DNA of 34,499 bases from an uncultured delta proteobacterium (GTDB lineage: Bacteria > Desulfobacterota > Syntrophorhabdia > Syntrophorhabdales > WCHB1-27), in assembly GCA_963810935.1 (NCBI GenBank), contig CAWEPK010000020.1, positions 1 through 34,499 on the forward strand, given 5' to 3'. The translations under genes were made by a program, and so were the position numbers. Within the stretch, counting starts at the first letter, position 1. Each line of letters starts with the position of its first letter. Positions 29,173-34,499 of the stretch are shown in pieces. The notes under the pieces were generated by a model. That model saw only the letters and a program-made list of their open reading frames with translations. It did not search any database and was not told where the DNA came from.

Positions 29173-29216
29173 GAAAGGGGCGCCTGGACATAATCGGCCC
29201 GTGCGCCCCCGTTTCG
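29173..29216. terminator. Hairpin between convergent citF and hydrolase genes
   Basis: GAAAGGGGCGC ... GCGCCCCCGTTTC imperfect stem. Confidence 0.45.
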
Positions 29217-29242
29217 TCCGTCCAGTCAGGCAGGTTTTAGCT

Positions 29243-30271
29243 CTATCGCCTCTCGTCCAGGAACCTCTGGACTTCCTTGATCAAATCCATCCGGCTCTTC
29301 TCGACAGAGATCATGTGGGTGCCTTCGGGCAGTATCTCCTCGCGCTTGTAGGGCACATTGGTGAGCCTGGCAAAGACTTCCTGGGCCATGAACAGGGGTG
29401 TATCCTGGTCCCACTCACCCAGGATCAGGAGGGTCGGCACCTTGATCGCGGACGGGTCGTACATCGGCTTGTCCTTGCCCCAGAACTGTACGACGTCCTG
29501 AAGCACGCCGTTAGGCGACCGCACTACAGGCGGTTCCTTCTTCGCCCCGACAGGGTCGGAAATCATGTTCGCATCCCACCACTTGTCGAACCACGCCTGG
29601 GGGCTTACCTCTTCCGCCTTCGCGGCGGGTATGCCGGCCAGGGCGCGCTTGCGCGCCATTTCCTTGGTGGTGTTCCTGTATGCGCCCGTGCCCGAGAAAG
29701 GCGGGGGCTCCTTCAGGCACCAGAGCGGGGCGTAGAGCACCAGCTTGACGACTTTGTCGTTATTTTTAGCCGTGTAGCCGCCCATGATGGTGGTGCCCCA
29801 TGACCAGCCTACCAGGTTGATCTTGCTGACATTGCGCCTCTTGAGGATGAAATCTACGGCTGCGCCGACGTCCTTCCAGGCATCTTCCGTAGTTGCAAAG
29901 GCGGGGTTCTGGTCCGGCGGGGCGTCCATGGCCGGCGGGCGTGTTGACAGGCCGTAGCCGCGGATGTCCACCAGATAGGTATCGTAGCCGCGCGCTGCAG
30001 CGTAGTCCATCCAGGAGCCGCCCGGAAGCGCGAGGTCGAAGACGGTCTCGGACGGGTAGCTTGCCCCGTGGACGAAGAGGATGATCTTCTCACCCGCAAA
30101 CATCTTTGCCCCGGACAGGTACTTGTTGCGGACGTACAGCTTGATGCCCGGGTCGGAAGACTGTATGGAGAATGTCTCGGCGGCTATCCTCACCTTCGAC
30201 GCCGCGTAACCCGCACCCGCTGCCGTCAGCATAAACACCGCCGCAAGCGTTACGACCAGCAATGTCTTCAT
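29243..30271 (-). CDS. Secreted alpha/beta hydrolase
   Basis: Signal peptide MKTLLVV..AGYAA; HGA, DIRGYG, GWSWG nucleophile elbow, GEWD, GTH; GGAGG RBS before ATG 30271. Confidence 0.9.
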   Translation of the reverse strand: MKTLLVVTLAAVFMLTAAGAGYAASKVRIAAETFSIQSSDPGIKLYVRNKYLSGAKMFAGEKIILFVHGASYPSETVFDLALPGGSWMDYAAARGYDTYLVDIRGYGLSTRPPAMDAPPDQNPAFATTEDAWKDVGAAVDFILKRRNVSKINLVGWSWGTTIMGGYTAKNNDKVVKLVLYAPLWCLKEPPPFSGTGAYRNTTKEMARKRALAGIPAAKAEEVSPQAWFDKWWDANMISDPVGAKKEPPVVRSPNGVLQDVVQFWGKDKPMYDPSAIKVPTLLILGEWDQDTPLFMAQEVFARLTNVPYKREEILPEGTHMISVEKSRMDLIKEVQRFLDERR

Positions 30272-30394
30272 AATTCCTCCTTGAGGACTATGGGCTCCCA
30301 TACTGCCTAAGACCGACTCGTAAGCCGCCTCTGTCCAAATTCTACATTACACTGCGCACAAACAACAAGAGTTTCTAACGGGAAGGAAGGGCCG

Positions 30395-30520
30395 GCGGCC
30401 GGAGAGATTTTCGTCGATGACGCGAAGTCGCGGAGGTGCGACCCGGAGCATACGTATTTTGTATGTGAGGACTCGCGCCGAACGCGACGACAAAGTAAGC
30501 GGCGAAAAGATCCCGGCCGC
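30395..30520. repeat. ~126-nt imperfect palindromic element (RPE/REP-like)
   Basis: Nested arms GCGGCCGG/CCGGCCGC, TTTTCGTCG/CGGCGAAAA, GTCGCG/CGCGAC, CATAC/GTATG. Confidence 0.75.
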
Positions 30521-30626
30521 AATTTTCGCCGTTCTTGCAATTGCCGGGCCTTTGGATATATCATTATTCTGTCGTAAAGGCATCGTTCAATCGCTTTCAA
30601 ATAGATTTCATAAAGGAGGAACTTCT

Positions 30627-31271
30627 ATGAGAATTGTTTTGTTGGGGGCGCCGGGGGCGGGCAAAGGCACTATCTCGAAGCTGCTCACGGCGCATGACGG
30701 CTCCGTGCAGATATCGACCGGCGACATCCTGCGAGGCGCGGTCAAGGCCGGCTCGGATCTGGGCAAGCAGGCGAAGGGCTACATGGAGCGTGGAGAGCTG
30801 GTGCCGGACAGCCTCATTATGGATATCATGGAGGCAAGGCTCCAGGAGCCGGACGCCAAGAAGGGCTTCATCCTGGACGGCTTCCCGCGCACCATACCGC
30901 AGGCCGAAGACCTGAAGAAGCTGCTTGTAAAGCTCGGCATCAAGCTCGACGTCGTGATCGATATCCAGGTACCCAGGGAGGTCATCCTCGACCGCCTCAC
31001 CACAAGGCGGACCTGCTCCAACCCCGATTGCCAGGAGATTTACAACGTGAAGAGCAAGCCGCCGTCAGCGGACGGGAAATGCTTAAAGTGCGGCTCGCCG
31101 ACCATCCAGCGGGCGGACGAGACGGAAGAGGCGATCACGCAGCGGCTCGAAACGTACAACGAGAAGACTGCGCCCCTCATCGATTTCTACCGTAAAGAGG
31201 GGATTATGAAGTCGATAAGCTCGCTTAGCAGCGACGAGATCGTCAAGCAGGTAATAGCGGCCCTCAAGTAA
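30627..31271 (+). CDS. adk: Adenylate kinase (zinc-LID type)
   Basis: GAPGAGKGT, STGDILR, LDGFPRT, CSNPDC...CLKC LID, QRADE; AAGGAGG RBS before ATG 30627. Confidence 0.96.
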   Translation: MRIVLLGAPGAGKGTISKLLTAHDGSVQISTGDILRGAVKAGSDLGKQAKGYMERGELVPDSLIMDIMEARLQEPDAKKGFILDGFPRTIPQAEDLKKLLVKLGIKLDVVIDIQVPREVILDRLTTRRTCSNPDCQEIYNVKSKPPSADGKCLKCGSPTIQRADETEEAITQRLETYNEKTAPLIDFYRKEGIMKSISSLSSDEIVKQVIAALK

Positions 31272-31277
31272 AAAAGA

Positions 31278-32855
31278 ATGGAATCAGGGCGGCCCGGCAT
31301 ACTGGCACGGGCCGCCCTCTTTAACCCCTTGATCCTCATCCATCCCCCAGTCGCAAAACCGTCCGAGCCGCCCGCAGGCATCGCTGCGATCTGCGGCGCC
31401 CTTGCCGAAAACGGCGTGCGGCACACCGTCGTGGACGCGGCCCTTGAGTCGATGCTCTGGCTCCTCGAAAAAGGGCCGGCAGGACCGGCTGATACGTGGA
31501 CACAGCGCGCCCTCTCTCACCTCGACGCCAACCTTGGTTTCTTGAGGAGCAGGAAGGGATACGCGAGCTTCGAGCGCTATCGAAAGGCGGTCTCGGAAGT
31601 GAACCGCGTCATCGAAAAGGCGCCTGCGGCCGGGACGCGCATAAGCCTCGCCGATTACAGCCAGGAGCGCCTGTCGCCGGTCAGGAGTACAGACCTGCTC
31701 CATGCGGCCCTCCATCACGAAGAAAACCTGTTCTATCCTTACTTCAGCAAGCGGCTGGCCGGGCTTGTCGAAAACGAGGGCGCGGACGCAATCGCCGGTT
31801 TTTCGATCAACTACCTGAGCCAGGCAATCTGCGCATTCGCCATGATAGGCTTACTGCGCCAACGGTTCCCCGGAGTGAAGATCGCTATCGGCGGGGGCCT
31901 GGTAAGCACCTGGATGAGCAGCCCCAATTGGCGCAACCCGTTTCAAGGCCTGGTCGATCATCTGGTTCCGGGGCCCGGCGAGCCTTTCCTGCTCTCCCTT
32001 GCCGGAAAGGACGCGGGCGGGCGGGCGGATGCCCGGAGCTGCCCGTCGTTCGACGGTTTCCCCATGGAGCGGTATCTCGCGTGCGGCCCTATCCTCCCGT
32101 ATGCGGCCTCCAGGGGATGCTACTGGCGCCGCTGCTCCTTCTGCCCGGAAAAGGCGCAAGGCACGCGGTTCTCGCAAAGCCCGCCCGCGCAGGCCGCGGC
32201 CGACCTCTCGCATCTTGCGGCCAGGTACAATCCCGCCCTGATCCATCTCGTCGACAACGCGGTAAGCCCGGCGGTCATGGCTGCGCTCGTCGCGTCGCCG
32301 CCCCCTGCCCCGTGGTACGGGTTTGCCCGCGTCACGGACGAGCTTGCCGACCCCGGCTTTTGCCGGCGACTGAAGCAGGCGGGTTGCGTGATGCTAAAGC
32401 TCGGAATCGAATCCGGCGACCAGCATCTACTCGACGCCCTCGGGAAAGGCACGCGCGTGGAGACTGCGGGAAAGGCCCTGTCGGCCCTGAAGCAGGCGGG
32501 GATAGGAACATACGTTTACCTATTGTTCGGCACCCCTTCGGAAGGCCCGGAAGCAGCGAGAAAGACCTTAGATTTCACGGCCCGCCACAGCGCCTCGATC
32601 GACTTCCTCAACCTCGCCATCTTCAACCTGCCCGCAAATTGCGAGGAGGCAGGCAGCCTCGACGTCCGCCCCTTCTATGCAGGAGACCTCTCCGTCTACT
32701 CCGATTTCGTGCACCCCCTAGGCTTCGGAAGGCGCGCGGTAAGGACTTTCCTGGAGCGCGAATTCAAGGCGCACCCCGCAATAAGGCCAATAGTACTACG
32801 CCGCCCGCCGTACTTCACGTCGAATCACGCGCCGTTGTTTTTCCTGGGGCCGTGA
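31278..32855 (+). CDS. B12-binding-domain radical SAM protein
   Basis: LIHPP..P.GIA N-terminus, GFSINYLSQ, SRGCYWRRCSFC (CxxxCxxC), LGIESG, YLLFGTPSE. Confidence 0.88.
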   Translation: MESGRPGILARAALFNPLILIHPPVAKPSEPPAGIAAICGALAENGVRHTVVDAALESMLWLLEKGPAGPADTWTQRALSHLDANLGFLRSRKGYASFERYRKAVSEVNRVIEKAPAAGTRISLADYSQERLSPVRSTDLLHAALHHEENLFYPYFSKRLAGLVENEGADAIAGFSINYLSQAICAFAMIGLLRQRFPGVKIAIGGGLVSTWMSSPNWRNPFQGLVDHLVPGPGEPFLLSLAGKDAGGRADARSCPSFDGFPMERYLACGPILPYAASRGCYWRRCSFCPEKAQGTRFSQSPPAQAAADLSHLAARYNPALIHLVDNAVSPAVMAALVASPPPAPWYGFARVTDELADPGFCRRLKQAGCVMLKLGIESGDQHLLDALGKGTRVETAGKALSALKQAGIGTYVYLLFGTPSEGPEAARKTLDFTARHSASIDFLNLAIFNLPANCEEAGSLDVRPFYAGDLSVYSDFVHPLGFGRRAVRTFLEREFKAHPAIRPIVLRRPPYFTSNHAPLFFLGP

Positions 32856-33107
32856 TCTTTTAACGCATAGGTTTGTCGCGCTCTGCTCAAAACTCTCAAA
32901 GTACCGTTTCGAGTCTCAGAGGTAAACCACGCACCCCTTACCTGCCGACTTTCTTTCTGAAGTGGAGCACCTCGGGTTTTTATTGCAATTCTCACGTTTG
33001 TGGTGGTAATCAATAAAACAGTCCTGCGTGAAACAAGGTCTTGGGTCAGGATAAATAGAGATTTGACCCATTCCCCTGGGCGAATGTACAGAAAGATTTG
33101 GGCATAA

Positions 33108-33960
33108 ATGAATAGAAAACGTAGAACATTTATGTGGCGTAAGATAAGAAATTGGGGCGGCTTCGTCCGCGGTTTGATGCCGCCTGGGGTTTCAGAGCAA
33201 GTAGCGAAGGCTATTCGTCAGCAATCAAAACTCTTCCGATGCTATGATGATCCTGACCCGCTAAAGAGCATCTATTCGGCTTTTTCCGATTTCGATTCCC
33301 TTGCGGAGAGGTTCGCCGCAACTTTCGATGCCAGTTTCAGCCATGTGGTAATGTTTCATTGTTGTCGTCCTCGACAGATTGAATCTTATTATCGTGAAGG
33401 TATTCGCGTTCTTTCCGCTGACGATGCAAACGGGTACTTTACAGAGCCTCTGCCGGAGGAGAAACGGCACGCCAAACATTACTGAACAGGACATAAACGA
33501 CGCAATTGATTCGATGGCCGATTCACGCGGCCGCTTTGGTCAGGTTTACTTTGGTCTAGATGATCGTTTTCTCATAGAATATTGCGGTCACTATCTTATC
33601 TACGGTAGTGAATACCTGCAATCGCTGTGCAGCAATCTACGAGCCAAAACACACTGCGATCTAAACTCCCAGCTTAGACGGGCCGGCACTCCTACCGTCT
33701 TTCAAGTCAAGATTCCGGTTGATCAATTTGAGAACCATGAATTGAAGTCCTTGGCGGATGACGCCCTTCCAGCTTGGGCGTATTGTATTGCTCACGACAA
33801 ACCAGAGCCAGGGCTATTGGATTTCGCGATTATGGTGGGTCATACTCTTCCATCCGAGCATATCGTAAGCCATTACCATCCTGAAGCGATCCCTGATCCG
33901 TCCTGCAGATGTGTGCTGTACCGGTATAAAGACGAAAGGCTCAGTACGAAGGAACACTAA
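33108..33960 (+). CDS. Hypothetical protein, possible ADP-ribosyltransferase-like fold (apparent +1 frameshift at ~33441)
   Basis: Two overlapping ORFs (33108-33485, 33379-33960) join into 283 aa by removing one base; FHCCR..YYREGI, VYFGL, VFQVKIP, LPSEHI pattern. Confidence 0.55.
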
Positions 33961-34063
33961 GGCTCTTGTTTTTTTACACATTTCACTCTCGGCCTAACAA
34001 CAATGCAAAAAAACAAAACGGATCTCATCTCTTATACGTTATCATTCACCGGACCAACTGTCT

Positions 34064-34499
34064 TCATAACACTTCCACTTTTATTGTCTTACGTATGTCG
34101 CGTCCTGAAAGCGCACGGGCAACCGTAGCACCCGCGCACTGTGCAACCGCGTAACCACGCCAAAGCTCTTGTAGCGACTTTTCACCGCCTTTGTATCTAT
34201 CTTCGACACCTGGATAAATGTCGATATAAGGTTGAATGTCTCTCAGCTCAGATTTTATGTCAACGATGAGACATCTGTCGAGGGCCTTTTCTATATGGTG
34301 CCCAAACTTGCGCTTGGCGTCGTTCTCGGTTAGGCCATCATAGGCGGCAAGAAAAGCCTTTAGGAATATCTCCGTAGACATCCTCCCAGACTCCATGGCT
34401 TTTGGGCTCGGCCTATCCTGGAACATAAGCGCAACAGTTGCCCTAAGCTGTTGGTCTCCACTATTGAGGAGTTCTCGAGTGAAGGGGCCAAAACCGTCT
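34064..34499 (-). CDS. Hypothetical protein with HEPN-like C-terminal domain (5' end outside window)
   Basis: Frame is open to the window edge (DGFGPFTRELLNSGDQQLRATVAL-MFQ...); TEIFLKAFL...GHHIEKAL...DRY resembles the HEPN E..LKA.L / HxL / RY pattern. Confidence 0.55.
   Translation of the reverse strand, partial: DGFGPFTRELLNSGDQQLRATVALMFQDRPSPKAMESGRMSTEIFLKAFLAAYDGLTENDAKRKFGHHIEKALDRCLIVDIKSELRDIQPYIDIYPGVEDRYKGGEKSLQELWRGYAVAQCAGATVARALSGRDIRKTIKVEVL

Noticed and set aside
30417..30626. N-terminally extended adenylate kinase
   Set aside because: The extension reads through the palindromic element; a strong RBS precedes ATG 30627.
31496..32863. 455-aa ORF overlapping the radical SAM gene, and similar long shadow ORFs across the window
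   Set aside because: Expected from high-GC codon bias; no family motifs.
33042..33070. TGGGTCA...TGACCCA inverted repeat as an island end
   Set aside because: Only 7 bp, single copy, no associated mobility gene visible.
33992..34045. Integron attC site (GCCTAAC ... GTTA)
   Set aside because: No complementary stem between the boxes and no integrase in the window.

Overview
GC-rich bacterial chromosomal segment, most consistent with an anaerobic Desulfobacterota (possibly Syntrophorhabdaceae-like; inferred from gene repertoire only). In order: IS110 transposase apparently inserted in a REP-like repeat; tRNA m6A37-type methyltransferase, DUF1015, HpnN-like MMPL transporter, nitroreductase, small HTH protein, LemA-TPM-TPM. 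Then a tightly coupled operon: one 3-TM SdhC-like anchor, SdhA, SdhB, Tat-type Rieske protein, cytochrome b and a small membrane protein with no cytochrome c, followed by an MFS transporter. This succinate dehydrogenase/fumarate reductase-Rieske/cyt b operon is the most interesting feature. Further on: AddAB-like helicase-nuclease, PAS-LuxR regulator, a lower-GC BsuBI/PstI-type restriction-modification pair, DUF2284, C-GCAxxG-C-C, HigBA, orphan citF, alpha/beta hydrolase, an RPE-like palindrome, adk, B12 radical SAM, and a lower-GC tail with an ART-like and a HEPN-like gene. Four genes (lemA, addA, citF, ART-like) each carry a single-base insertion, probably sequencing error. No rRNA, tRNA or CRISPR array seen. 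All calls come from motif reading, not database searches.
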